Position numbers and translations under genes: made by a program
The notes under the pieces: model-generated
Told to the model about the DNA's origin: nothing
Seen by the model: only the letters and a program-made list of their open reading frames with translations
The model's database searches: none
In this document: positions 19,643 through 30,479 of the stretch, one piece after another
Numbering within the stretch: position 1 is the stretch's first letter
How the letters are laid out: every line of letters begins with the position of its first letter
Source: an uncultured virus (IMG/VR IMGVR_UViG_3300026119_000001)
Lineage: Duplodnaviria; Heunggongvirae; Uroviricota; Caudoviricetes
Direction: 5' to 3' (one strand)
Length of the DNA: 64,000 nucleotides
IMG/VR virus record: IMGVR_UViG_3300026119_000001

Positions 19643-20369
19643 GGGTTATAAACGCTGGAAGTTAACAGGAGATATGATTGTAATGAATTCTAAAACATAC
19701 AATTTTTCAAATAGGTTTATTAATATAGACTCTACTCATAGGTGTCCTTTAGAATGCCCTAAATGTCTGCGTCAAGCAATACGAAGACGAGGTTATAAAG
19801 TACCTGGAAGAGATATGCCGTGGAATGATTTTATAAAAATTGCTAAATACTTTAAAAAGGGATTAATTTTTTGCGGTCAAATATCAGACCCTACATTTAA
19901 TCCTAAACTTATTAAAAAATTAAAATATTGTAAAGAAAATAAGATTAAAGCTATACTTAATACTGCCGCTTCACAAAGACCTATAGAGTGGTATAAAGAA
20001 GCGTTTGAAGCAAATAAAAATGCTTTATGGATTTTTGGTGTAGATGGTCTACCAAAAGATAGTCACAAATATAGAATTCATCAAGATGGTGAAAAACTAT
20101 TTAAAGTTATGAAAATGGGAGCCAAACTTGGTTTGTTTATACGTTGGCAATATATTGTTTTTAACTACAATGAAAATAATATAGAAGAAGCAAGACAAAT
20201 GGCAAAATCTAATGGTATTCATTTTGATGTAATCCATTCAGGACGTTGGGGTACCAAAGACCAATATAAACCTAAAAACCCAAACAACTATTTAAATAGT
20301 AAGGGTGAATCACTTAATAAAGATTATGCAAAACATTATGCGGAGTATTTTAAAAATGAAAAAAATTAA
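19632..20369 (+). CDS. radical SAM enzyme (core only)
   Basis: CPLECPKC, CGQISDP, FGVDG, WQYIVF; start uncertain. Confidence 0.85.
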   Translation: MNSRGYKRWKLTGDMIVMNSKTYNFSNRFINIDSTHRCPLECPKCLRQAIRRRGYKVPGRDMPWNDFIKIAKYFKKGLIFCGQISDPTFNPKLIKKLKYCKENKIKAILNTAASQRPIEWYKEAFEANKNALWIFGVDGLPKDSHKYRIHQDGEKLFKVMKMGAKLGLFIRWQYIVFNYNENNIEEARQMAKSNGIHFDVIHSGRWGTKDQYKPKNPNNYLNSKGESLNKDYAKHYAEYFKNEKN

Positions 20370-21456
20370 TGCAAAATGTTTAGCATTTAAAGAACTTTCT
20401 TATACAGCAGAAGGTTATTTAATACCTTGTTGTTGGTGTGATAATCCTAAAAGTTGGATACAGCCGCAAATTGCAAGATTTAAAAAAGAACATTTAAAAC
20501 TTGAAAACAATGAAAAAGTTGAAGACATTATCTATAGTAAAGAATGGAAAGATTTTTTTAAAGAGTTAGATACAAATCCATCAATAACTTGTCAAAGATA
20601 TTGTGGTGTATCTCTAAATTATAGTGTTAATAAAAGACCAGAACCAGGAAGTCCATTTAGAAAATGGATATCTTACCGCAAAGAACAAAAAATTAAAATA
20701 GGTTGTGTTTACTTTGAAGGTAAATATTCACTTGATTATGTTGAAAAACTTTATAATGGATTAAAAAAATATTGTACACTACCATTTGAATTCATTTGTT
20801 ATAGTGATAATCCAAATGTTAAAGCAGATGTTGTTATTCCTTTACCTAAAGATAGTAAAATAAAACGTCATTGGCACAAACTATCTTTCTTTAATCCTGA
20901 ATTTGCAAACCAAGAAGAAGGAGATGAAATTATTATTATGGACATTGACCAAATTATTATGAGTAATATAGATGATATAATAGGTTGGCCTATAGCAGAT
21001 AATGAATTAGTATCTTATGATAAATGGTGGGGCGGACCAAAACCAAAACTTCAAGGTGGTTTTTATAAATTTAAATCTGGACAATGTAAATTTATATGGG
21101 ATACCTTTATAGAAAATCCAGAAAAATGGCAATTACATTATTATAATACAAATCAAGTACATTACAAATATTTTGGTGAACAAAATTTTGTTGAAGATAT
21201 TACAACTAAAAATAATATAGAAATAACATTAATTAATGGTAAATGGATTGGTAAATATACATTGGACAAACAACAGAATTTAGAAAACAATGTAGTGTAT
21301 TGTAAAAAATTTGATGAGGATTATATGATACTTGATGAACCAAATCCTAATTTAAAGATTATACACTTTGCTGGTCCAGAAACTGCTATACACAATTGCA
21401 AAGCAGATTGGATTAAGTCTTATTGGAATCTTCCCAAAGACCAAGAAATACCTTAA
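20356..21456 (+). CDS. SPASM/twitch-like domain fused to glycosyltransferase-like domain
   Basis: N-terminal KC...GYLIPCCWC...CQRYCG; then CVYFEGKYSLDYVEKL, WHKL, MDID (DxD), GEQ, IIHFAG. Confidence 0.7.
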   Translation: MKKINAKCLAFKELSYTAEGYLIPCCWCDNPKSWIQPQIARFKKEHLKLENNEKVEDIIYSKEWKDFFKELDTNPSITCQRYCGVSLNYSVNKRPEPGSPFRKWISYRKEQKIKIGCVYFEGKYSLDYVEKLYNGLKKYCTLPFEFICYSDNPNVKADVVIPLPKDSKIKRHWHKLSFFNPEFANQEEGDEIIIMDIDQIIMSNIDDIIGWPIADNELVSYDKWWGGPKPKLQGGFYKFKSGQCKFIWDTFIENPEKWQLHYYNTNQVHYKYFGEQNFVEDITTKNNIEITLINGKWIGKYTLDKQQNLENNVVYCKKFDEDYMILDEPNPNLKIIHFAGPETAIHNCKADWIKSYWNLPKDQEIP

Positions 21457-21913
21457 ACGCTTCTAAAGGAGTTTTTGCTTTTCTAATAGCAGTTTTTTTA
21501 CTATTATCTTTACAATTCTTTACTATATCTTGTTCAAACAAATATATTTTAAAATTGAATAAACGGTCTATATGTTCTTTCTTATCACTTAAAAGAAAAT
21601 CCATCATCAATGAGATAAATTTAGGATTAACTTCTTCTATTATTTGGTCTATAAGGCCTTCTTTTTTTGCTATATTTTTAACTTGACTAATATAAGCTTT
21701 TCGCTCTTCCTGTATTTTAGTATAAGTATTTTCGTGAAGTTGGTCTAAAGAACAAAGCTTTAATAACTCTTGACAAATTGGATTGTCAACATCATATTCA
21801 AGTATGTATGGATTAACTTTTGTTCCGTCATCACTTTTTAATAAAACTTCAATAGTTTTTCTTTCATTATCTATAAAATGTGCTGTAATAAAATTTTCTT
21901 CATTATTAAACAT
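21413..21913 (-). CDS. hypothetical protein
   Basis: 166-aa ORF with AAGGA SD at the end of the structural operon. Confidence 0.65.
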   Translation of the reverse strand: MFNNEENFITAHFIDNERKTIEVLLKSDDGTKVNPYILEYDVDNPICQELLKLCSLDQLHENTYTKIQEERKAYISQVKNIAKKEGLIDQIIEEVNPKFISLMMDFLLSDKKEHIDRLFNFKIYLFEQDIVKNCKDNSKKTAIRKAKTPLEAFKVFLGLWEDSNKT

Positions 21914-21929
21914 AACAAAATCCTTTCAT

Positions 21930-23093
21930 TTATAATTTTGATATTTTCAAATACCACGTATTTGCTGTTGACGCTGAACCACTTGGAAATTCTTGTGCTC
22001 TGTAATCGTCACCATCAAATCTAAAAGTTTTATAATCACCTGTACCAGTCAATATTGTATCTGCCATACCTGAACCTCTATTTGTTCCAGTTGTATAACT
22101 ATAAGCTATTTTAAAACCGTCTGAAGAGTCAGCAGCAGTTTTTTTCATCCATCCTTTTAAATACGTTTTAAAATTTGCTTCTGTATAATTTTGTAAAGCA
22201 CTATCGGCTTGTTTTATATAAAGAGGTATATTTGTAGATCCACTAACTCCATTTATCTTATGTAAATAATAACTTGTAACAGTTAAAAATTGGTCTATTG
22301 CTTCTCCACCAATTCTATAGCTTCCTGTAGCCTGACTTGTAAAATTTTGACTTAAAGTTAATTCATTACCATTAATTTCAGTTATAGTTGTAGGAGATGT
22401 AGTTTTACTTGGAAGAGTTGTGTTGTTAGTTTTCCAAATTGTCATCCCAACAGTTATATTGGTTACATTATTCATAGTTACTGTATTTGTTCCACTTGCA
22501 CCACCACTAGCGTGAGATTTATTTTCTGTATCTCCTAATCCAGCAGCGTCACCTGTATATAAGGATGGATCTGCTTGAGTATTAATAAAAACTGGTGTAG
22601 CAGAAACTAAAGTTGAACCTCCTACACTAGTTGCTGTATTAATATGATATGTTCCTGCTTGTGCTGATGTTAATGATGATGATGTTAATAAATTAATAGC
22701 AGGATGCAAAAATGTATCTTTAACATCTTGTAAAGTCATAGCTTGTGTATCATTATCACTTCTTCTATAAGCAGGCCAAAGCCAACCACCATCGGAAGCT
22801 GGACTACCTCCTGCTACAGTTTGTTGTATTTTATCGTAAGTGATTGTAACTGTTGTAGGTTCGTTTGTTGTTGCTTCACTAGGAAAAGAACTATTGTGGG
22901 TATGAACTGCGCCTGCTTGTTGTCTTGTATCAGTTAGACTTCCTAAATTTCCACCTGAACTTACTACACTTAATGAAACGGATGTATCTAAAGAATATTG
23001 GTAAACGCATTGGTTAATTATAGTGTTAACCATTGCTGTAGTCATTTCTTTCAGGTCGCCAGCGTCATAATATAAAGGTTTTCGTACTGCCAT
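21930..23093 (-). CDS. virion structural protein
   Basis: 387 aa, S/T/G-rich; MAVRKPLY start and YRAQEFP end. Confidence 0.6.
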   Translation of the reverse strand: MAVRKPLYYDAGDLKEMTTAMVNTIINQCVYQYSLDTSVSLSVVSSGGNLGSLTDTRQQAGAVHTHNSSFPSEATTNEPTTVTITYDKIQQTVAGGSPASDGGWLWPAYRRSDNDTQAMTLQDVKDTFLHPAINLLTSSSLTSAQAGTYHINTATSVGGSTLVSATPVFINTQADPSLYTGDAAGLGDTENKSHASGGASGTNTVTMNNVTNITVGMTIWKTNNTTLPSKTTSPTTITEINGNELTLSQNFTSQATGSYRIGGEAIDQFLTVTSYYLHKINGVSGSTNIPLYIKQADSALQNYTEANFKTYLKGWMKKTAADSSDGFKIAYSYTTGTNRGSGMADTILTGTGDYKTFRFDGDDYRAQEFPSGSASTANTWYLKISKL

Positions 23094-23104
23094 TATGTAT
23101 TCTC

Positions 23105-23983
23105 CTATGTCGCACTACCAACAATTGTTTTTTGTAGGACTCCTGCTGAATTGTAAATATTTAATGTTGATGTAGCTGTAAAAATACTTGAAGTTGCATA
23201 TGCAGTTGAACCATCTAAAATTACAGTACCACTAGTATCAGGAAATTCAATTAAGTTATCTTGTGTTGGTTCTACTATGGTAAATATAGTTTCATCATCA
23301 CTTTCCGTATTTCCTTCAAACGCAATCTTTCTACCTTTGATAACAGGTAAACCATCAAAAAGTATTAAATTATCAGGATGAGTTGTCCTAAAACCTGCAC
23401 CAGCGGCATAACCTGTACTAGGATTCATTTCTATATATCCAGCTTTTATAACACCATCAACTTCTAAGCTATCATCAATTTTAATTTCACTAGAATCTGT
23501 AGATGAAATTACATTACCAACTATTTGAATTGTTCCTAACACTTGAGTAGTACCTGTACTAGTTATATTAGCAGCAGAAATATTTCCAATTACTGTAACA
23601 TTTCCAGTTACCGCAATATTTCCACCAACACCTATTATATCACCAGTAACCGTTAAGTCATTTGGAATAGTTACATCATTTGCTAAACCAACTGTTAATG
23701 TATCTGGTGAAGAAACAATTGCTGTTGTTTGATTTGCTGTACCTAATGCAGTTAATGTTTGTCCTGAACCAACAGCTTGTACAGATGAATCAACATCTGA
23801 AATAAACCAACCAGCGGCTGCTGTTACCACAGAATTAATTTCATTTACAGCGCCTATAACACTTGTTGCGGTTAATGAAGAGTCTAGTGTACCTATATCT
23901 CCAAAATCATTTGCCGCTAATTCGTTAAATTGCGTTCTAAATGTTTCTAATGTATCTGTTTGTGCTATATTTCTTGCAGCCAT
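23105..23983 (-). CDS. fibre/fibritin-like virion protein
   Basis: TDTLETFRTQFN and SVIGAVNE motifs; beta-repeat middle. Confidence 0.55.
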   Translation of the reverse strand: MAARNIAQTDTLETFRTQFNELAANDFGDIGTLDSSLTATSVIGAVNEINSVVTAAAGWFISDVDSSVQAVGSGQTLTALGTANQTTAIVSSPDTLTVGLANDVTIPNDLTVTGDIIGVGGNIAVTGNVTVIGNISAANITSTGTTQVLGTIQIVGNVISSTDSSEIKIDDSLEVDGVIKAGYIEMNPSTGYAAGAGFRTTHPDNLILFDGLPVIKGRKIAFEGNTESDDETIFTIVEPTQDNLIEFPDTSGTVILDGSTAYATSSIFTATSTLNIYNSAGVLQKTIVGSAT

Positions 23984-24207
23984 TATTTTTTAATTACCTC
24001 TTGTATTAAATCTTTAATCTCTCTCAATTCTTTTTTTAAATTATTTATCTCTCTAACTACATTTATCATTTCATCTTTAGTTTCTCTTTTTTGTATTTGT
24101 CCTTGCATATACATTTCATACTCACTTGATTTTTCTCTTATAATAGCATTAGAATAAACATCTCTTACTAAACCTGTATAATTTTTTACTTTTAAATATT
24201 CAGCCAT
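23983..24207 (-). CDS. small coiled-coil protein
   Basis: 74 aa; LVRD..SNAII motif typical of the gene after the DUF4815/VrlC-like gene in marine T4-like phages. Confidence 0.65.
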   Translation of the reverse strand: MAEYLKVKNYTGLVRDVYSNAIIREKSSEYEMYMQGQIQKRETKDEMINVVREINNLKKELREIKDLIQEVIKK

Positions 24208-24208
24208 A

Positions 24209-27200
24209 TTATACCGCCAAAGCTATCGCCCTTAAATCTTTTAATCTAGGTGGATAAGATGAAATTAATCCATTCATCACACACTTAACTTGGAAAGATG
24301 TAAATTCTGGAAGAGTTGAAGCACTAAATTGATATTCCTTAAAGTCATCATCTAATACTGTATCACCAACAGATGGTGTAATATTTACGTCTGGACTACC
24401 ATCTGTATTAAAATATGTCCAAGGTATATCACCTAATCTTCTTGTTTCTTCTCCTCCACTTAATCTGTAAAGAAATTTAATTGTTGAAGTTGACCTTACA
24501 CTTGCCCCAACTCTTATATCTATAGCAGTTGAAGGATTTGCCAAACTAACTGCTCTTGTCATATAAGAACCAGCAGAAGATAGTCCTGAAATAGCAGTAT
24601 CATCTTCATAGTCAACTTTATTAGAAATTTTTGCTACAACTTTTGAATTTAAAACTGGAGCAATTTCCATTGTTAAAGTTGTTCCAGAAGTTGTAAAGTC
24701 AACGACTGGAGTTAATTTTTTACCATCTTTTTTAACAGATACTAAATGAACACTTGAAGGAGTTGTACCTAAAGTAAATGCAGTTGCTGATCCATCTCCA
24801 GTAAATGTACTAGTAGATAAAACAGTAGGTTTATTTAATCTGTTTGTAATACAGAATACGTGTAATCTTTGAACATCAATAACAGGTGATAAATTTTCAT
24901 TGTCCGAAATCATTGTACAATTAACAAGCATTGATTTATAATTTGTTAAATTTGACATTTCATTTGTTTGATTAATTGTACTTGCTACCATTTGTGGAGC
25001 AGTAAAATACACATTGTCTCCAAGTGTAACCGATTTTTCAGATGAAGCACCAGCCAAAGCAAATTCTGATTCAGAACCATCTACAGATTTACCTGTTGTT
25101 GTTCTAATAGCAGTTGTTATACTTGTATCTGGATGAATAACGTGTCCTAATTGCAATTGCAATACATCAAATTGTCTATTTTGAGTTGCTGTTACCGCAT
25201 TACTTCCAACATCACCAGTTGCTATTGCTGTTCCAACTGAAGTTAAATCATAACTATCTAAAGATATATTTTTAATTGCTGTGTAAGTTCCATTAATTTC
25301 TGAATGGTCAAGACCATTATATGTTCCTGAAGCTATTCCTGCAATGGTTACATTGTTAGTTGTGCTGTGCATTCCGTGACTCTTATGATAAACTCTTATA
25401 TCACTAGAACCATTAAATGTTCTAATTGGATTATTCTTTAAAGCTTTAACAGGTAAATCAGCATTTGCTAATGTAACCATTGCATAAGTACCAGTTGTAA
25501 AGACTGCCTTTTTCAAATTGAAAGTTAAATCTTCCATTTGTTCAGCATTCCAAGTTCTATTATTTGCAGATTTAAATAGAACACCCATAATTGGTTGTTC
25601 AGATACCGTTCTATCTGATCCTATTTGTGTCCCACCTAAACGAGAAACATACACCGTATAATCCTGTGAGTCTGAATATAATACTAAACAATATTCTGTT
25701 TCTTCTTTTAAATAAACAGGTGAAGGGAATGTAAATGTAGTTGCAGTTGTTCCGTTTATACTTGTAGTTATTGCACTAGGATTTAACCATTTTCTTCCAA
25801 AAGGTAATACCTGTGTTCCAGGATAACCATTAACCATATTTCTAATTTCTGCTTTAACAGGTATTGTTGTTGATTTTGTAGCAAAATAAACATCCAAACT
25901 AGTAATAAAACAACCATCAGCAGTATCAATCACAAATGATTGTGCTAATGGATCTCCACTTCTTCTTGGAGCTGGTGCTGGAGGAGTAAATCTGGATGTA
26001 TTTGTAATTGTTCTTGTTTCATTAACTTCATCTCTAACCGTTTCAGTTTCTCTTGTGGAAATATTAACACCTTGCATTGTGTTTAACAAACCTTTTGCGT
26101 TATAATCTGCTTCGGCAGCTGTAGCAATATTTGTTGTATCCATAGAATTAGTAGATGAACTTGTTAATCTAAAAACTCTTTTACCTGTTCTCCATCTTGG
26201 ATTTGCATCCACATTTGGATCAGGTATTACAAATGAACCTCTAACATATCCATTTGTATCTGTTACAACATTTCCTGCAAGTGAACCACCATCTGGAGTT
26301 ACATATGAAATAATAGCCACATTATCAAAATAAGGATAAACTCTTGTATTTGGTCTTAAACCATATCCTTCAAAGGTTACATTTCTACTTCTTATAAATG
26401 GAACAAAATTAACACTTACAACCCTATCACCTAAACTATGTGTAACTGTTCTAGGAATTACACTTGTTCTTATTCCACCTCTTGTTTGTATTGAATCTGT
26501 TTGTGAAACCTGAGTTCTTCCTTCAGTCCAAGACCTTGGATTTCCAGTCCAATTAGTTTGCCATTCATTCCAAGCTGTACCCAAAGGAAGTTCAGTTAAA
26601 TCACCTGTATTTTCTATTCCTAAATCTCTAGCTAATTGGTCAAAACTTCCTGCCAAATCAACTGTAATTTCAGGTACTCTTTCTGTTTCTCTCCATTCAT
26701 CAACTGCTGGAGTTAATTCTACTGTACCAATCCAATTAAATATCATAAATGGATTTAAATTTTCTGTTTTAGTTGCGTAAGGATTTTGAATTACAGATGT
26801 TTCTGTATATGGTAAAGAAATCAAATCTCCAGTTTTTGTATAATTAGCTGCTATTCTATCAGTTGCTAAAATTGCTGAACCATCTTCATCTACTTCTTCC
26901 AAAGTAGCTGCATCCTGATTAAACATTGGTCGTACTTCACCACGTTCCATATCCATTGCACACTTATAATCAAAATTTCTAACATCACCAATATTATGTC
27001 CAGTAAAATTATCTACAACAAAACCATTTTTGAATCTATCTAAACCATCAGCATCCTGTATTTGCATTGATTGAGCATTTGCTTCCAATAATGATAATGA
27101 TGTATAGTATTCCACATTTGATATTCTTCTTTCTAAATGTCCAATATCTCTCATTGTATATCTTCGATTATCAATTTTTTCTACATTAACCTCATCTGGA

Positions 27201-30200
27201 TTTAAAGTATATGATGGTACGTGTAATGTTGCAAGATGTAAATGACCATCTAAATTTCCTGGTTTTAAAGGATTTAAATCTGAAGCACCTTGTAATGCTT
27301 TTAATGCACCATCTTTAGTAATGAAAATCTTATCAATACGTTTTAAATAATATTCCATATCAGCAGTTATGTCTGAATTAAATTCTACAACATCAACCGT
27401 TGACGCACCAGCACCGTCATATGTTCTATCAGAATTACCACTATTAATAGTTGAAGCGTCATCTACTCTAGGTCTAAAATCTAAACAATCTCTTAACTGA
27501 TATATTTTACTAGTTGTATCAGATGTATAACTTGGAATATCTTCATAGTTAACAACACCAGAATAGGAATCTACATCAAAGTAATCTCCTGAACCGTGTG
27601 AGAAATAATCAAAATCAACTAATAATTGTCCTGATGGTGTTAATGCACCTGTTTTTAATTTTAATCTTCCTATATCATAAAAATTATCTCTTTGACCTGT
27701 ATCTAAATTAAATCTATTTGTAATATTTGAATCACCTGAATTTGCAACTGAACCAAAACCAGATGACATATAAACATTATTAATTTTATAAACGTCTGCT
27801 TTTCCTAATCCTATAATACCACTTTCAATAGTTGCTTGAGTTGCTATTGTTAAAGGTGTATTTACATTTTTAGATTTTGTTTTTGAACCTGCAACCGTTC
27901 TAGCAAGTGTTGCTAATATTTTAACTTTATGTCCAGCAAAGTTTGCACCAAAATCAAAAGTTAAAGATTTTCCTGTAGGTGAACCACCTGATACAAAAAT
28001 AGGATCACCTTCGTGGTTATTACCATTTATATTTAATGTGTCTCCAATAGCACCTGTACCACCACCACCTGTTGCCATAATTGATATAGCAAAGTCTCCA
28101 TCATCTTGAGAAGCATAAATTTCATTTGTACCTGCAGTAATAGATAAATCTCCATTTGAAGATAATGTTCCTGTAAATTGCCGTCTAACATTAAAGTTAG
28201 TATCAGTTAAATTTGAATTTGTTGTTGTCTTTAAAGTTTTAACCGTTTTATAAGGTAATTCAAATAAAGCAATATTACTTTCAGGATTTTGTAATTTACT
28301 TCTTTGTCTTGTTGCAATTGCGGCTACTGATACATCCGAACCACCAACGTTAGCAGTTAATTCTACTTCGTTATTAGTTAAAACTCTTTGTATTAAAGCA
28401 GTAGTAGTTGTGTTTGCGTCATCTAACCAAGTAATTGAATCTCTTGGTCTTAATTCTGTTAAAAATTTAGTTCCATTTCCATATAAAGTTGAAGATGAAT
28501 TTGAAATTGAAACATTACCACTTAATTGAGTACTGCCTCCATAAGAAGTTGATAATGAAGTATCAGCAGTATAAGTTGGACTTCCTGCCATACCAATTTG
28601 TTTTGTTTGAGCAAATTCTTTATTTTGAACTCCAGTATTACCATATAAATCTGCTTTTACAACAGCTGTATTATTTGATATTTGTCCTGTAATTGTTTCT
28701 GTAGCATTAAACAGTCCTTCTACACTAGATAATATTACCGTACCTGTTGAAGCAGTACCAGCAGACGTATAAGATGTAAACCCACTTGAATCTATATTAT
28801 TACCTGCCGAATCGTGTAAACTAAAACTATTATTATCCACTACTTTAACATAATAAGTGTTATCATTTAATTCTGTCATACCAATTACATCAAAAATATG
28901 AACAGCGTCACCGTCTTTAATTTCGTGACCAGTTGCTGTTATAACTATTGGATCAGCTTGTGTTGCACCTGAAATTGTTGCAACTGTACCAGATGAAATT
29001 GCCTGTACATAACCAGTTGCACCAGAAGTTGATCCTGATACAATTTCTCCAGTTGTAAATGTTGTGTTTTTTGAAATTTTAAGATGAGTAAACATCTCTA
29101 CATCAAAGATATAATGTTTCCAAATTGAAGTTTGGTCAAAAATATCTAAAGATTCTGTTGAATTTAATAATTCAAATCCTCGTGATTTAGCTCTTCCAAT
29201 TCCTGGAGTAATATTACCAGATGTTGATTGTTCAGTACCACGAACAGCTGTTGCTGTGTCGTATAAATTAATTGTTTTAAATGCTTCACAATCACCAGAA
29301 ACAAAATTAACATCTGGTGTTCCATATACATTATCTACATAAACAAAATTTTTAATATCAAATCTTGTTTTATGATTATTTTGTGTATCAAACTCTCTTG
29401 CCTTATCAACATCTAACCAAGTTGTTCCAATTCTTTCTGCTTCAAAACCTCTTATGTATGCTTTGAAAGGTGAAACACCAACTGCTAACATTGATGTTGC
29501 AGCTGTATTTTCATCCGATGTGGTTGCACCACTTGAATAAATTCCTCTATTATTTCCTGATAATACTGATTCTCTTACATCAAAATCAGGTTCGTTAACT
29601 GTATAGTCACCAGACTCGTCAAATGTTCTACGAGCAAGTGTTTCTTCTAATACAGCGTATTGACTATTTCTAGCGTGAACTTTTATTTGACCACTTTGAA
29701 TACGAGCAATTTCTATAAAATTGGTATCGTCTGCACTACCTAAAGTTTTCTTTGTAAGTGTTAATAAAATTTTAAATCTATGAGCACCTGGAGCATTATA
29801 GTTTGTAGAACCAGCTGCATTATCATTTAAAGTAGTATCATCTGAAGCAGATGTAAAACTTTCTGCTACTGTTAATCCTACTCTATATGAAGGTGTATTT
29901 GTATATTTGTCTAATATTAAAGTTGAAGTAGATACATTTACAAAATATCCATTAATGTAATAAACACCTGCTTGAACACCAGCCGCTGAACCTGTGTGAG
30001 TTGAAGCTACAACAGCAGTTGGAAACCCATCAGCACTTGAAGTAATTGTTTCTGTATCTGTAAATACTGTAGTAGTGTTATCTGTTCCTGTCTTATCATA
30101 TTTTATGAATAATGTATCTGGATCAGTACCATCTATAGCAGAAACGCCTATACATTGAGCAACTACTCCTGAAGCTCCTCCAGTTAAAGTTGTACCATCA

Positions 30201-30469
30201 TAATCGTTTATATCTGAAACTGATTTAGATGTTAATTTAATTGCTGTATAATTAGTGTCTATAGATAATTGTCCAGGAATAACAGATGAACCACTTTTAA
30301 ATATGTGGTCACCAAATTGCTCAACTTGATTCTGTAGTATAGTTTGTGATTGTGTTAGTTCCCTTGCTTGAACAGCAAACGCTGGTCGGAATAATATCCG
30401 ATGGTAATTATTATTTTTTGAATAATCATCATAATAGGGACTGACATTAAAATCTATTGGACTTGGCAT
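24209..30469 (-). CDS. large virion structural protein (DUF4815/VrlC-like)
   Basis: 2086 aa; PYYDDY...RILFRP...QARELTQ.Q start; LARRTFDESGDY; DRFKNGFVVDNF; DPLAQSF; PRLKDLRAIAL end. Confidence 0.85.
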   Translation of the reverse strand: MPSPIDFNVSPYYDDYSKNNNYHRILFRPAFAVQARELTQSQTILQNQVEQFGDHIFKSGSSVIPGQLSIDTNYTAIKLTSKSVSDINDYDGTTLTGGASGVVAQCIGVSAIDGTDPDTLFIKYDKTGTDNTTTVFTDTETITSSADGFPTAVVASTHTGSAAGVQAGVYYINGYFVNVSTSTLILDKYTNTPSYRVGLTVAESFTSASDDTTLNDNAAGSTNYNAPGAHRFKILLTLTKKTLGSADDTNFIEIARIQSGQIKVHARNSQYAVLEETLARRTFDESGDYTVNEPDFDVRESVLSGNNRGIYSSGATTSDENTAATSMLAVGVSPFKAYIRGFEAERIGTTWLDVDKAREFDTQNNHKTRFDIKNFVYVDNVYGTPDVNFVSGDCEAFKTINLYDTATAVRGTEQSTSGNITPGIGRAKSRGFELLNSTESLDIFDQTSIWKHYIFDVEMFTHLKISKNTTFTTGEIVSGSTSGATGYVQAISSGTVATISGATQADPIVITATGHEIKDGDAVHIFDVIGMTELNDNTYYVKVVDNNSFSLHDSAGNNIDSSGFTSYTSAGTASTGTVILSSVEGLFNATETITGQISNNTAVVKADLYGNTGVQNKEFAQTKQIGMAGSPTYTADTSLSTSYGGSTQLSGNVSISNSSSTLYGNGTKFLTELRPRDSITWLDDANTTTTALIQRVLTNNEVELTANVGGSDVSVAAIATRQRSKLQNPESNIALFELPYKTVKTLKTTTNSNLTDTNFNVRRQFTGTLSSNGDLSITAGTNEIYASQDDGDFAISIMATGGGGTGAIGDTLNINGNNHEGDPIFVSGGSPTGKSLTFDFGANFAGHKVKILATLARTVAGSKTKSKNVNTPLTIATQATIESGIIGLGKADVYKINNVYMSSGFGSVANSGDSNITNRFNLDTGQRDNFYDIGRLKLKTGALTPSGQLLVDFDYFSHGSGDYFDVDSYSGVVNYEDIPSYTSDTTSKIYQLRDCLDFRPRVDDASTINSGNSDRTYDGAGASTVDVVEFNSDITADMEYYLKRIDKIFITKDGALKALQGASDLNPLKPGNLDGHLHLATLHVPSYTLNPDEVNVEKIDNRRYTMRDIGHLERRISNVEYYTSLSLLEANAQSMQIQDADGLDRFKNGFVVDNFTGHNIGDVRNFDYKCAMDMERGEVRPMFNQDAATLEEVDEDGSAILATDRIAANYTKTGDLISLPYTETSVIQNPYATKTENLNPFMIFNWIGTVELTPAVDEWRETERVPEITVDLAGSFDQLARDLGIENTGDLTELPLGTAWNEWQTNWTGNPRSWTEGRTQVSQTDSIQTRGGIRTSVIPRTVTHSLGDRVVSVNFVPFIRSRNVTFEGYGLRPNTRVYPYFDNVAIISYVTPDGGSLAGNVVTDTNGYVRGSFVIPDPNVDANPRWRTGKRVFRLTSSSTNSMDTTNIATAAEADYNAKGLLNTMQGVNISTRETETVRDEVNETRTITNTSRFTPPAPAPRRSGDPLAQSFVIDTADGCFITSLDVYFATKSTTIPVKAEIRNMVNGYPGTQVLPFGRKWLNPSAITTSINGTTATTFTFPSPVYLKEETEYCLVLYSDSQDYTVYVSRLGGTQIGSDRTVSEQPIMGVLFKSANNRTWNAEQMEDLTFNLKKAVFTTGTYAMVTLANADLPVKALKNNPIRTFNGSSDIRVYHKSHGMHSTTNNVTIAGIASGTYNGLDHSEINGTYTAIKNISLDSYDLTSVGTAIATGDVGSNAVTATQNRQFDVLQLQLGHVIHPDTSITTAIRTTTGKSVDGSESEFALAGASSEKSVTLGDNVYFTAPQMVASTINQTNEMSNLTNYKSMLVNCTMISDNENLSPVIDVQRLHVFCITNRLNKPTVLSTSTFTGDGSATAFTLGTTPSSVHLVSVKKDGKKLTPVVDFTTSGTTLTMEIAPVLNSKVVAKISNKVDYEDDTAISGLSSAGSYMTRAVSLANPSTAIDIRVGASVRSTSTIKFLYRLSGGEETRRLGDIPWTYFNTDGSPDVNITPSVGDTVLDDDFKEYQFSASTLPEFTSFQVKCVMNGLISSYPPRLKDLRAIALAV

Positions 30470-30479
30470 TTAATTCTCC

